A stretch of DNA of 64,000 nt from Alphaproteobacteria bacterium (GCA_017528045.1 JAFXPG010000002.1:1516-65515), one strand, 5' to 3'; positions 52,653 to 62,680 are shown, counted from the stretch's first letter. The notes: generated by a model not told the origin, from the letters alone. Numbers and translations: made by a program.

Positions 52653-52688
52653 AAAAAAAACACCGGTTTTTGCCGGTGTTTTTTTTAT
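52653..52688. terminator. Palindromic terminator element copy (AAAAAAAACACCGGTTTTTGCCGGTGTTTTTTTT)
   Basis: Repeat family member between convergent pal and parB. Confidence 0.7.
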
Positions 52689-52689
52689 A

Positions 52690-53565
52690 TCATTTTAATA
52701 ACTTATTTATTAGATCTTCCATTTGTACACGATTAGCAAAAGAAATGATAAATTCACCTGCTCCGCCCTTTTTTTCGCGTAATTTAATTTTTGTATCTAA
52801 ATTTTTCGATATTTTAGATTCTATTTTAGATACATAAGCAGGATCTAAAGATTTTTTATTAAAAGATCTGCTGGTTTTAGAACGTTCAGATGTTTTTACT
52901 TTTTTTTGTGCTTCTGATACTGATAATTTATTGTTAATAATATCATGAGCCATTTGTTCAGGGTTTTCTGAAACTGCAATTGTTCTGGCATGAGATGCTG
53001 ATAATTCTCCGCTTTTTACTAAATCTTTAACAGAATCAGGTAAAGAATTTATACGCATAAGATTGCGAATATAACTGACGGATTTTCCGATAAGTTTTGA
53101 AACTTCTTCGATTGTATAACCGCACTTTTCCATCAAATTTGCATAACCTTCCGCTTCTTCAATAGGGTTTAAATTTTCACGTTGGACATTTTCTATTAAA
53201 GCAATTTCCATCGCATTTTGTGGTGTTAAAGTTTTTACCAATGCGGGAATTTCACTTAACCCTGCCATTTGAGCTGCACGATAACGACGTTCGCCTGCAA
53301 CTATTTCATAAAGATAAGGCTTGTTTTTTACTGTTCTAAGAATAATAGGAACCAAAACCCCTTTTTCTTTGATTGATTCGGATAAATCTTTTAATTCATT
53401 TTGTGTAAAAGTTTTTCTTGGTTGGTCAGGGTTAGGGCTTATTTGAACTAAAGGGATAGGTTTTATAACAGTTCTTTCTGTGCCTGTTAATACAGATATA
53501 TCTGGGGTTTGTCCCATTTCTTGATTTAATTCTGCTAATCCTTTACCTAAAAATCTAGATGTCAT
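52690..53565 (-). CDS. parB: Chromosome partitioning protein ParB
   Basis: ParB box GERRYRAA and an HTH region are present, downstream of parA. Confidence 0.9.
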   Translation of the reverse strand: MTSRFLGKGLAELNQEMGQTPDISVLTGTERTVIKPIPLVQISPNPDQPRKTFTQNELKDLSESIKEKGVLVPIILRTVKNKPYLYEIVAGERRYRAAQMAGLSEIPALVKTLTPQNAMEIALIENVQRENLNPIEEAEGYANLMEKCGYTIEEVSKLIGKSVSYIRNLMRINSLPDSVKDLVKSGELSASHARTIAVSENPEQMAHDIINNKLSVSEAQKKVKTSERSKTSRSFNKKSLDPAYVSKIESKISKNLDTKIKLREKKGGAGEFIISFANRVQMEDLINKLLK

Positions 53566-53566
53566 T

Positions 53567-54340
53567 TTAATTCCTTTCTTCTAAAGCATTAACAACTTCT
53601 GTTGCAACTCTTAAATAAGCTTGGGCGCCTGTAGATTTAAAATCATAGAATAGGGCTGGTTTACCATGACTTGGTGCTTCTGAAACACGGACGTTTCTTG
53701 GTACTACGGTTTTAAATACTTTGTTTCCAAAAGTTTTTCTTACATCTTCTTCAACAGCACGTGTTAAACCAAGTTTTTTATCGTACATTGTTAATACCAT
53801 ACCTAAAATATCCAAATCTGGGTTCCATTTTTCTTGAATAGCTTTAATTGTAGATAATAAATGTTGAACACCTTCCAAAGCAAAAAATTCACATTGTAAA
53901 GGAATTATTACATAATCGGACGCTGTCAGAGCATTTATAGTTAACATACCTAAATTTGGTGGACAATCTATAAGTATGTAATCATAATTATTTTGAATAC
54001 CTTCTAACGCATCTTTTAATCTGAATTCGCGTCTATCCAGGTCTAACATATCTAATTCTGCACCAGCCAATTTTGCAGAAGCTGGTAATAAATGCATGTT
54101 TGGGACGGCGGTAGTTAATATGTTTTCGTTCACTGTTGCGTTTCCCATTAAAACACCATATATACTTTGTTTATGTGAAGCGCGTATAAAACCTAAGCCT
54201 GTTCCTGCATTTCCTTGGGAATCAAGATCTATTAATAATACACGTTTTTTTATGGCGGCTAAAGATGCAGCTATGTTTATAGCTGTTGTTGTTTTGCCTA
54301 CACCACCTTTTTGATTTGCGAAAGATATTATTTTAGCCAT
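53567..54340 (-). CDS. parA: Chromosome partitioning ATPase ParA (Soj)
   Basis: Deviant Walker A NQKGGVGKTTTAINIA. Confidence 0.9.
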   Translation of the reverse strand: MAKIISFANQKGGVGKTTTAINIAASLAAIKKRVLLIDLDSQGNAGTGLGFIRASHKQSIYGVLMGNATVNENILTTAVPNMHLLPASAKLAGAELDMLDLDRREFRLKDALEGIQNNYDYILIDCPPNLGMLTINALTASDYVIIPLQCEFFALEGVQHLLSTIKAIQEKWNPDLDILGMVLTMYDKKLGLTRAVEEDVRKTFGNKVFKTVVPRNVRVSEAPSHGKPALFYDFKSTGAQAYLRVATEVVNALEERN

Positions 54341-54454
54341 TTTTTAACTTTTTTTATCGTTAAAAACAGCATATTAAATTATAAAAAAATAGTCAATACA
54401 AATATTAAAACTACTAAAATCAATAAGTTATTTAAAATTTCATATGAAATAAAA

Positions 54455-55018
54455 TTATTTTTTTAATGTTTTTATGTGTATGATATTTCCGTCACCTGTT
54501 GTGGAAGGAAATAATTCATAATCAAATTTATATTTTGTTTTTGCAGTTTTTATTTCAGATTCAATTTCCCGGCCTTTTAATAAAAAAAACTGGTAATTTT
54601 TTTTGTGTGTATAATCAAATATTTTTATTAAAGGTGCAAATGCACGTGCTGTAAAAATAATATTACCGGTATTTGCCGGTATTTTTTTAAGAAAATTTTC
54701 TATTCTGTCGTTGATTATGGTTAGATTTGGTAAATCTAATTGTTTTTTTAATTCTGATAAAAAAATTGTTTTTTTTCTTATTGATTCTATGCAAGTAACA
54801 TTCCAACCCATGATGGCTAAAACAACACCTGGAAAACCAGCTCCACTGCCTAAATCTATAATGTTTGTGTTTTTTGGTATGTATTTAGCAAGTTGTGCAC
54901 TGTCTAAAATGTGACGGTTTTTGATGTCTGATAAAGTACTTGGTGCAACCAAATTCATTTTGGTTGACCATTCTTTAAGCAGATTTTCGTATTTAATAAA
55001 TTTTTCTTCTATTTTCAT
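54455..55018 (-). CDS. rsmG: 16S rRNA (guanine527-N7)-methyltransferase RsmG (GidB)
   Basis: SAM-binding motif IIDLGSGAGFPGVVLAI and ...FTARAFAPL (E. coli VISRAFASL). In the rsmG-parA-parB context. Confidence 0.85.
   Translation of the reverse strand: MKIEEKFIKYENLLKEWSTKMNLVAPSTLSDIKNRHILDSAQLAKYIPKNTNIIDLGSGAGFPGVVLAIMGWNVTCIESIRKKTIFLSELKKQLDLPNLTIINDRIENFLKKIPANTGNIIFTARAFAPLIKIFDYTHKKNYQFFLLKGREIESEIKTAKTKYKFDYELFPSTTGDGNIIHIKTLKK
54652..54690. repeat. Copy of the palindromic terminator element embedded in-frame inside the rsmG coding sequence (encodes KKIPANTGNI)
   Basis: AAAAATAATATTACCGGTATTTGCCGGTATTTTTTTAAG is near-identical to the intergenic copy at 46807-46838. Confidence 0.5.
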
Positions 55019-55043
55019 AATATTTATTCTAACATAATTTATT

Positions 55044-56660
55044 ATGAAAGGAATAAAAAGTTTTTGTAGTGCCGGTTTAATTACGGTGTTTGTGGTTGGT
55101 TTGGGTTATTTAATTGGAACCAACACTGGTTTTTTTGGATTGTTGAAAAGAGATGTTGTTTCTGGTGTTGAAAATACAGAGTATGGTAATTTTTTAGCCG
55201 CTCAACATGCTTTGTTTGTTAATGATTTTGAATCTGCTTCTGAAATGATTAGTAATGTGAAATCAGATATATCTGTTGTTTCACAAACTAAGGTTTTAGC
55301 TGATTTTTTTAGCGGAAAAATGCCTGAAAATGCAACTGTTTTAAAGTCTGATAAAGATTTAGCAAACAGATTGATTTATGATTCTTATTTGATTAATCAA
55401 AACAAATGGTCTGAATTATATCAAAGACATGCTAAAGACAATTCTTTGATGATTGCGCCAATAAAAATTTTTTCTGCTGTGAAACAAGGTAAAACAAAAG
55501 AAGCTTTGAAATATGTTGATTCTTTGAAAACAACAGATAATTGGAAAGCGTTTATTCGTGGTCAAATAGCTGTCTTAAACAAAGATGTTGAAGGTGCAGC
55601 AAAAGAGTTTGCAAAAGTTCATCCTGATTTTATGAATATAAACGATTATTTGTATTTAATGTCGTTTTATAAAACAAACGATATGTTTGAAGATATGGAT
55701 ATTTTGCGTGGAGATTTTACATCTAAACCCGGTGGTATGTTTGTTTTAGATTATGATGATATTCCTGATTGGTCTGAATATTCTGGTTTTGAAAATAATA
55801 TAGCTTTTTCAATGATTCAAACTGTTTCTCATACTCATATAATGTTATTAACAGATTTGTCTTTATTGTTGTTGCGTTTTTCAGAAAGTATATCTGATAC
55901 AAATACAGATGCTTTGAATTATTATCTTGGACAATATTATTTTTATAATACAGGTGATTATACAAAAAATATAAATAATATTTCTAAAAACAGCCCTTTT
56001 TATCTGTTTGGACAAATGAAGGTTGCTGAAAAAAACGGTGATTTGAAATATATAGAAAAAATTGCGAAAAATAATCCTTTATTTGTTCCTGCTGTGGATG
56101 TAATGCTGGCTAATTACATTAAAAATGGAAATAAAAGAGCTGCTTTGAATTTGATAAATTCTGGATTAAAAAATAAGGATTTGTCTGATTATGGTAAAAT
56201 TTATTTCTTGAAACAACGCGCAAATGTTTATTTAATGTTTAATAATCCTGATAAAGCACAATCGGATATATACGAGTTTATGGATATAGATGATACTTTA
56301 TCGCCTGATGTTATATTGTTGCAAGCTCGTGCTTGGAACCAAAAAAATATAAATCTGGATGATGCGTATGCTTATACTATGTCTTTAATAAAGAAAAATA
56401 CATCTGATGTTGTTGCATGGGATTTGTTGGGTGTAATTGTAGATAAAAAAGAAGGTGTTGATTCTGCTTTGGAATTAATGGAACATGTTGGTGGAGTATC
56501 TGTAAATGTATCTTCTTTATATGAACATTTGGGTGATTTGTATTTAAAAAAAGGTGAAAACGAAAAGGCAAAAAAGTCATATTTGCGTGCTATAGATTTA
56601 TCTGATGATGGCTTGGTGGTGGTGCCTTTTGTTCAAAGAAAGTTAAGGAAAATAAAATGA
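55044..56660 (+). CDS. Membrane-anchored TPR-like repeat protein (possibly HemY-like)
   Basis: N-terminal TM segment followed by about 500 aa of helical-repeat-like sequence. Its stop overlaps the gpsA start by 4 nt. Confidence 0.45.
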   Translation: MKGIKSFCSAGLITVFVVGLGYLIGTNTGFFGLLKRDVVSGVENTEYGNFLAAQHALFVNDFESASEMISNVKSDISVVSQTKVLADFFSGKMPENATVLKSDKDLANRLIYDSYLINQNKWSELYQRHAKDNSLMIAPIKIFSAVKQGKTKEALKYVDSLKTTDNWKAFIRGQIAVLNKDVEGAAKEFAKVHPDFMNINDYLYLMSFYKTNDMFEDMDILRGDFTSKPGGMFVLDYDDIPDWSEYSGFENNIAFSMIQTVSHTHIMLLTDLSLLLLRFSESISDTNTDALNYYLGQYYFYNTGDYTKNINNISKNSPFYLFGQMKVAEKNGDLKYIEKIAKNNPLFVPAVDVMLANYIKNGNKRAALNLINSGLKNKDLSDYGKIYFLKQRANVYLMFNNPDKAQSDIYEFMDIDDTLSPDVILLQARAWNQKNINLDDAYAYTMSLIKKNTSDVVAWDLLGVIVDKKEGVDSALELMEHVGGVSVNVSSLYEHLGDLYLKKGENEKAKKSYLRAIDLSDDGLVVVPFVQRKLRKIK

Positions 56661-57520
56661 AAGTAGGTGTTTTTGGTGCTGGTGCTTGGGGAACTGCGCT
56701 GGCTTATACTTGTGCAAAATCTGGTAATGATGTTATTCATTGGGGGTTTAATGGTGTTTTTGATGGGTTGTCAGATTTAGAAAAACCAGAAAATGTCGTA
56801 AGAACAGATAACATGGAAGATTTAAAATCTTGCGAATATTGGTTAATTGTGACCCCGGCTGCTTTTTTCAGGGAAACTGTTAAAAAAATGGCGAATGTTT
56901 ATAATGGTCAACCAATTTTGATTTGTACAAAAGGAATGGAAGGTGAATCTGGGGAATTTATGTCCGAAATTTTAAACGCTGAAATTCCAGAATGTAAAGA
57001 TTTTGGTGTTTTGTCTGGGCCGCAATTTGCACGTGAAGTTGCAACCGGTGTTCCAACAGGATCAACATTGGCCGGAAATGATAAAGTCAGAGCAGGGGGC
57101 CATATAGCACTTTCTGAATTATATTTACAAGACAGCACAGATGTCATAGGTGCACAATTGTGTGGTGTTGGTAAAAATGCTGTATCTTTGATTTCGGGGT
57201 ATGAAACAATCAAAGCGGGTGGCGAAAATGAACGTGCTTTGATATTTACACGTGCTTGGAATGAAATAGTGGATATCGCCGTTGAAATGGGTGCAGATTG
57301 TGGAACTTTTTTAGGTTTATGTGGTGTGGGTGATTTGTTTTTGTCGGCAACATCACCAACCAGCCGTAATTTTTCGTCGGGTGAAGCAATCGCACGTGGC
57401 GAACAATATACCGGAACTGTCGAAGGTATATTTGCCTTGCGCGGACTTATTCATCGTGCAGAAAAATTTGGTATAAAAACACCTGTTTTGTGTGAAATGA
57501 AAGAAAAAATGGGTTTGTAA
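56657..57520 (+). CDS. gpsA: NAD(P)H-dependent glycerol-3-phosphate dehydrogenase
   Basis: N-terminal Rossmann motif KVGVFGAGAWGTALA and the GpsA catalytic-domain pattern are present. Compact, about 287 aa. Confidence 0.8.
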   Translation: MKVGVFGAGAWGTALAYTCAKSGNDVIHWGFNGVFDGLSDLEKPENVVRTDNMEDLKSCEYWLIVTPAAFFRETVKKMANVYNGQPILICTKGMEGESGEFMSEILNAEIPECKDFGVLSGPQFAREVATGVPTGSTLAGNDKVRAGGHIALSELYLQDSTDVIGAQLCGVGKNAVSLISGYETIKAGGENERALIFTRAWNEIVDIAVEMGADCGTFLGLCGVGDLFLSATSPTSRNFSSGEAIARGEQYTGTVEGIFALRGLIHRAEKFGIKTPVLCEMKEKMGL

Positions 57521-57546
57521 ATACCATAAATTTTTGTTGAAATTCG

Positions 57547-57578
57547 CAACACCTGTGAAAACAGGTGTTGTGTTTTTA
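57547..57578 (+). terminator. Intrinsic terminator after gpsA (CAACACCTGT-GAAA-ACAGGTGTTG plus T-run)
   Basis: A 10-bp perfect stem with a GNRA tetraloop is followed by TGTTTTTAT. Confidence 0.7.
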
Positions 57579-57829
57579 TAAAGGTATGATATAATTATAA
57601 GCGAATTCCAAAGGGATTTGGGGTTCAGGACCTTGATAAGTCCTATATTCGTCCGGTGCAATAAATGCATCGTAATCATCCCTGACTTTTATGGTTGGGG
57701 AGCGTTGGCTATATAATACAGAAAAAACTGAAAAACCGACGGAATCATTGACGAATATGGTTTTATCAACTCCCTGACCACCAATATTTCTTTTGGTGGT
57801 ATTTCTTTTTGTGCCACAGGGAGATAATA

Positions 57830-58558
57830 ATGAAGAAGTTTCTTATATTATTGTTTGTAATATTTATTTGCTCTATCGCTCACGCAGATACAGAAACAAT
57901 AAATTGGTATGTTGATGGCAATACATATGCAACAACAACTTGTGAAATTGGTGGTGGTGTATCTTTGCCCGATGAACCAACCAAATACGGTTACGATTTT
58001 ATCGGTTGGTCAGAAATCTTTAATCGTGGAACATTTGCAAACTGGGCGGCCATACCAAACAGCGCAGGCGGTTATTTGGGTGATTCAAACGGTTCGAATA
58101 TTCCACAAGAAAATGATTATATTATTGTTAACGATGCAAGTGATGTTCCAGAATATGGCGAAAATATCGAAATGTATGCAAAAAGTAGTAGTTCTTGGTC
58201 TTGGAGCAAATGTAATACATACGTTGATAGCATCGATTACGGTTTTGGTGAATATTTATATGAAGAAAATATTTATACATATACCACTTCATGTGGATAT
58301 AGTGCCAGAACTTGTGCTCATTGGCGTTCTGACACAAGATACGTTGTTTGTTCGGGGGTAATTTACGAACCAGGAAATGTTTTTTTTACAGTGGTTGCCG
58401 ACGATAAGATTAGAGACGGAAAATACAACGGCGGAAAAAGTTTTTATGCCAAATTTATCACCGGTTATCCATATTCTGGTAAATGGTTATTGCGGTATCA
58501 TGGCAATTGGAACGATTTGGGTCGTGGTGGTTGGGTCGCTGAAAAACAGTTGGATTAA
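57830..58558 (+). CDS. Secreted protein with Listeria-Bacteroides repeat (Flg_new / InlB B-repeat-like) motif and Cys/Trp/Tyr-rich C-terminal domain
   Basis: Signal peptide MKKFLILLFVIFICSIAHA. PDEPTKYGYDFIGWSE matches the P.k.GY.F.GW core of the Flg_new repeat. An RBS GGGAG lies 7 nt upstream. Confidence 0.55.
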   Translation: MKKFLILLFVIFICSIAHADTETINWYVDGNTYATTTCEIGGGVSLPDEPTKYGYDFIGWSEIFNRGTFANWAAIPNSAGGYLGDSNGSNIPQENDYIIVNDASDVPEYGENIEMYAKSSSSWSWSKCNTYVDSIDYGFGEYLYEENIYTYTTSCGYSARTCAHWRSDTRYVVCSGVIYEPGNVFFTVVADDKIRDGKYNGGKSFYAKFITGYPYSGKWLLRYHGNWNDLGRGGWVAEKQLD

Positions 58559-58561
58559 AAT

Positions 58562-59299
58562 ATGAATAAAATAACAATATTTTTATTGTTGTTATTTATA
58601 GTGCAAACACCTGTATTTGCTGATGAATTATCTTGTAAAACTGGCATGCAGGATTTAATGGCTTTATTTACACCCAAAACTATAAATTGTAATGATAATC
58701 AATTTTTACCTGCGAATTCTGTCACTTGTTCAAATTGTCCAAATGGTTATACTTGTCCTGGTGGTGATTTGATTTTTAATGAAACAAAATCTTCGGGTAT
58801 AGATTATAGACAAAAGATAACAACATCAGCCAATAATGTTTGTTCTCAAAATTTTCCAAAAATGTTATATGCAAACTTCAAAATTGCACAGCGTAATTGT
58901 GATCCAGGGTATTATTTACCTGCGAACAGTGTTAGTTGCACGATATGTTCGGCCGATCATTATTGTCCCGGTGGACAACTTACATTTAATGAAACTGCTC
59001 CACAGGGAATTATAGAATGTCCATCTGCTCATCCTTTTGCGCCGGTGGGTATGTGGTTGGAATCTCAATGTGGTCGGAAATTACATGTCGGTAATGATGT
59101 TATTTATATGCACCAACAACCTGCACATCCAACAACACATCGTTTATTTATTCAATATGGAAATACGGTTTATTCTGCAAATGCCAAACCAAAAGAATTT
59201 GGAATTGATGATATAAAAATGTCGTTTGGTGCCGAAAATTCATTACATGTCATTCTAGACGGTATTGAATATTTGGTTTATGATGATTCTTTGGAATAA
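58562..59299 (+). CDS. Secreted cysteine-rich protein with two tandem ephrin-receptor-like (GCC2/GCC3-type) Cys-rich repeats
   Basis: Signal peptide MNKITIFLLLLFIVQTPVFA. The repeats LPANSVTCSNCPNGYTCPGGDLIFNET and CDPGYYLPANSVSCTICSADHYCPGGQLTFNET fit the C.pG.Y.....s.C..C..g.yc.gG pattern. Confidence 0.55.
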   Translation: MNKITIFLLLLFIVQTPVFADELSCKTGMQDLMALFTPKTINCNDNQFLPANSVTCSNCPNGYTCPGGDLIFNETKSSGIDYRQKITTSANNVCSQNFPKMLYANFKIAQRNCDPGYYLPANSVSCTICSADHYCPGGQLTFNETAPQGIIECPSAHPFAPVGMWLESQCGRKLHVGNDVIYMHQQPAHPTTHRLFIQYGNTVYSANAKPKEFGIDDIKMSFGAENSLHVILDGIEYLVYDDSLE

Positions 59300-59305
59300 A
59301 AATAA

Positions 59306-60322
59306 TTATTTTGATAAAGAATTAAAAATTCTGTCGTAATAAATGAAGTAAAGTACTTCTTTTAATGCGGCGGAATTTAAATCTTTGAATATTTGTGGCA
59401 AAGTTTTTGTTTTTTTGTATTCGTCTATATAAGGTGTCATTATTTTTCGTCCGGAATTTTCACCCAATGTCACGCGGCCAAAATTATCAAAAGCAACCAA
59501 TTTTAATAATCTGTTTCCATCTGGTTGTATAAATGTGAATTGTGGATATTCTGTATTATATGCACCAGGAATTTTTGCCGCACGTCCACCGTCAAATAAT
59601 GTTGCAAAACTTGAATAATACAACATTTGTTCATTTATACCGGTATATGATTTCTTTGAATTTTGCCCAAATGCAACCAATTCGTATGTTTTAAGTTTTT
59701 TGGATAATTGTTTTTCAAATTTTGCAACCAATTCTTCTTGGCCAACAAAAGAAGATAAATGTATAAGAACTGGCAAACCAGCCAATTCTTGAATAATTTT
59801 AAAATTATTTTTAAAACAATTTGTGTGATAGTTATCTAATGATAAAGATATTTGTAATTTAGGAAATTCAAGTTTATTGGTTCTGGTTTCTGTAATGATT
59901 TTGCGTAAATCATCAAAAATTTCTTTGCCAAAAGATGTATTCGCCCAACCCGCGTTTGTTTTTATATCAACCCCGATTTTATTGTCGATAGCAAATCTTA
60001 ATATATTTTGAATGTATTGTTTGTCGCCAAATTTATAAGCAGAAAATATTTCACCGCCGGTAAAAACAACTTCGTTAATAAATTTTGGGTCTTGTTTTGC
60101 TTGGGTTAAAATTTCAAATATGGTTTCTTGTGGAATATAGGTTTTTTCGTTGTTTGGACCAGATTTTTCACAACAATGCGGACATTTATACCAACAATAA
60201 TTTGTTGTTTTGAATATTAAATAATATGGTGCGTTGGCGGCCAAAAACAGTATGTCGTTGGCAAAACGTACGTCTTGTTTTAAAGATTTTATAAGATTTG
60301 TCATAAATATATATTTGCACAA
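59306..60322 (-). CDS. Radical SAM domain protein of unknown specificity
   Basis: CxxxCxxC motif CWYKCPHC near the N-terminus and the glycine-rich SAM motif VVFTGGEIF. No C-terminal SPASM or twitch cysteines. Confidence 0.6.
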   Translation of the reverse strand: MCKYIFMTNLIKSLKQDVRFANDILFLAANAPYYLIFKTTNYCWYKCPHCCEKSGPNNEKTYIPQETIFEILTQAKQDPKFINEVVFTGGEIFSAYKFGDKQYIQNILRFAIDNKIGVDIKTNAGWANTSFGKEIFDDLRKIITETRTNKLEFPKLQISLSLDNYHTNCFKNNFKIIQELAGLPVLIHLSSFVGQEELVAKFEKQLSKKLKTYELVAFGQNSKKSYTGINEQMLYYSSFATLFDGGRAAKIPGAYNTEYPQFTFIQPDGNRLLKLVAFDNFGRVTLGENSGRKIMTPYIDEYKKTKTLPQIFKDLNSAALKEVLYFIYYDRIFNSLSK

Positions 60323-60502
60323 AAATAAAAATTGTCAATAAAAAATATAGTCTAAAATCTTGCAAATAAATAAATATATTTTATAATCTTCCTTGAAAAG
60401 CCGCAGGGATGAAATTGTTCTTTCTTGTATTTGGATAAAGAATACAAAAACGAATGATTTTTCTCTGCAAAAATGAACAAAATGAACGAATGGAGAATTT
60501 AT

Positions 60503-62665
60503 ATGTTCGGAATTTTCAAAAAAGAAGAAAAACATGTTTTGAATAATCCTGTTACTGTTGAATTTCAATATGGTGACGAAAAGGTTATTTTAGAAACAGG
60601 TCGTTTTGCAAAACAAGCAACTGGTGCTGTTATGGCAACAATGGGTGGCACAATGGTTTTAGCAACTGTATGTGCTGAAAAAACAGCTGTAGAAGGTCAA
60701 GATTTCTTTCCTTTGACTGTTGATTATCAAGAAAAATATGCATCATCTGGTCGTATCCCTGGTTCCCGCGATCGTCGTGAAGGTAAAGCAAGCGTAAGTG
60801 AAACTTTGATTGCACGTTTGATTGATCGTCCTATTCGTCCTTTGTTTCCAGAAACATTTAAAAACAAAGTTCAAATCATTGCCCAGGTTTTCTCTTATGA
60901 CAAGAAAAATCAACCTGATATTTTGGCTATGATTGCATCAAGTGCTGCTTTGGCAATATCTGGTGTTCCTTTTGCAGGACCAATTGGTGCAGCACGTGTT
61001 GGTTATAAAGATGGTCAATATGTTTTGAATCCTTCTAAAAAAGACTTGGATGAATCAGAAATGGATTTAGTTGTTGCTGCAACTAAAGACGGTGTTTTGA
61101 TGGTTGAATCTGAAATTGGTGAATTGGATGAAAAAACAACATTGGGTGCTGTAAAATTTGGTTTTGATCAACAACAAACAGTTATTAAAGCGATAAATGA
61201 ATTTGTTGAAAAAGCAGGTAAAGAACGTTGGGAAACACCAGAACATAGTGAAGAATATATTGCTATGGAAAAAGATTTTGAACAATTTGCTGGTGAAATA
61301 ACAGATGCTTTGTTAATCAAAGAAAAATTGGTACGTTTGGATACTTTAGCTGAAATCCATACAAAAGCAAAAGCAAGAATTGCAGAATTGTTCCCGACCA
61401 CAACAACTGCAACTTCTACTTTAGAATCTTGGGCTGATGAAATTGTAGAAGGTATTACAGCACGTATTATGCGTGGAAATATCTTGGCTGGTAAACCACG
61501 TATTGATGGTCGTGATACTAAAACAGTTCGTCCAATTGAAATTGAATTAGGTGTGTTGCCTCGTGCACACGGATCTGCTTTGTTTACACGTGGTGAAACA
61601 CAAGCTTTGGTATCTTTGACCTTGGGTGGTGGTAAAGATGCTTTGCCAATCGAATCTTTAGATGGTGACAGCGAACGTGATTTTATTTTGAATTATAATT
61701 TCCCAGGTTATTCAGTTGGTGAAGCAAAAGGTTTAAAATCCCCAGGTCGTCGTGAACTTGGACATGGTAATTTGGCATGGCGTGCTGTTCATCCAATGGT
61801 GCCTTCTCGCAGTGAATTTGATTATGTAATTCGTGTTTGTAGCGATATTTTAGAATCTAATGGTTCTTCATCTATGGCTACAACTTGTGGTGCGACATTG
61901 GCTATGATGGATGGTGGTGTTCCTATGAAACGTCCAGTAGCAGGTATCGCAATGGGCTTAATCAAAGAAGGCGATGATTATGCTATTTTGACAGATATCT
62001 TGGGTGACGAAGATCACTTGGGTGATATGGACTTTAAAGTAACAGGTACAGATCGTGGTATCACAGCTTTGCAAATGGATATCAAAATCACATCTATTAC
62101 TTTTGAAATTATGGAACATGCTTTGTCACAAGCAAAAGATGGTCGTATGCATATCTTAGGCAAAATTGAAAAAGCTATCAAAGCTCCACGTAAAACTTTG
62201 TCTGAATTTGCTCCACAAGCTTACACAATGAAAATCAATCCTGAAAAGGTTCGTGATGTTATTGGCAAAGGTGGTGCGGTTATCCAAGCTTTGACACGTG
62301 ATACTAATACTCAAATCGAATTAGAAGACGATGGCAGTATTAAAATCATGGCTGCTGATAAAGATGATGCCGAAGCTGCTATTGCTCGTATCAAAGAAAT
62401 CGTAGCTGAACCAGAAGTTGGCGAAATCTATGAAGGTGAAGTCAGCGGAATGAAAGATTTTGGTTTATTCGTTAAAATTTTGAAAAATTTTGAATCTATG
62501 GTTCATATTTCTGAAATCACAGGTGAAAGATTAGAAAAAATTGAAGATGCTAAAATCAAAGTAGGGGATAAAGTTTTTGTTAAATACATGGGTACAGATA
62601 AACGCGGAAAAACACGTTTGTCTATGGTCGGTATTGATCAAAAAACAGGTAAAGAAAAAAAATAA
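60503..62665 (+). CDS. pnp: Polyribonucleotide nucleotidyltransferase (PNPase)
   Basis: Two RNase PH domains plus KH (GKGGAVIQAL) and S1 (GEVSGMKDFGLFV) domains. Start set at MFGIFKKEEKHV. Confidence 0.9.
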   Translation: MFGIFKKEEKHVLNNPVTVEFQYGDEKVILETGRFAKQATGAVMATMGGTMVLATVCAEKTAVEGQDFFPLTVDYQEKYASSGRIPGSRDRREGKASVSETLIARLIDRPIRPLFPETFKNKVQIIAQVFSYDKKNQPDILAMIASSAALAISGVPFAGPIGAARVGYKDGQYVLNPSKKDLDESEMDLVVAATKDGVLMVESEIGELDEKTTLGAVKFGFDQQQTVIKAINEFVEKAGKERWETPEHSEEYIAMEKDFEQFAGEITDALLIKEKLVRLDTLAEIHTKAKARIAELFPTTTTATSTLESWADEIVEGITARIMRGNILAGKPRIDGRDTKTVRPIEIELGVLPRAHGSALFTRGETQALVSLTLGGGKDALPIESLDGDSERDFILNYNFPGYSVGEAKGLKSPGRRELGHGNLAWRAVHPMVPSRSEFDYVIRVCSDILESNGSSSMATTCGATLAMMDGGVPMKRPVAGIAMGLIKEGDDYAILTDILGDEDHLGDMDFKVTGTDRGITALQMDIKITSITFEIMEHALSQAKDGRMHILGKIEKAIKAPRKTLSEFAPQAYTMKINPEKVRDVIGKGGAVIQALTRDTNTQIELEDDGSIKIMAADKDDAEAAIARIKEIVAEPEVGEIYEGEVSGMKDFGLFVKILKNFESMVHISEITGERLEKIEDAKIKVGDKVFVKYMGTDKRGKTRLSMVGIDQKTGKEKK

Positions 62666-62680
62666 TAAAAGGTATGAATT

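Noticed and set aside
54652-54690. Treating the in-rsmG palindrome as a functional terminator that truncates rsmG
   Set aside because: The ORF is intact and full length. On the rsmG mRNA strand the stem has a C-A mismatch and is weaker. It is reported as an embedded element copy, not as a terminator or pseudogene.
57353-57679. 108-aa minus-strand ORF spanning the gpsA 3' end and its terminator
   Set aside because: It overlaps the gpsA coding sequence and terminator hairpin, with no RBS and no motif. The region is better explained as gpsA plus a structured leader.
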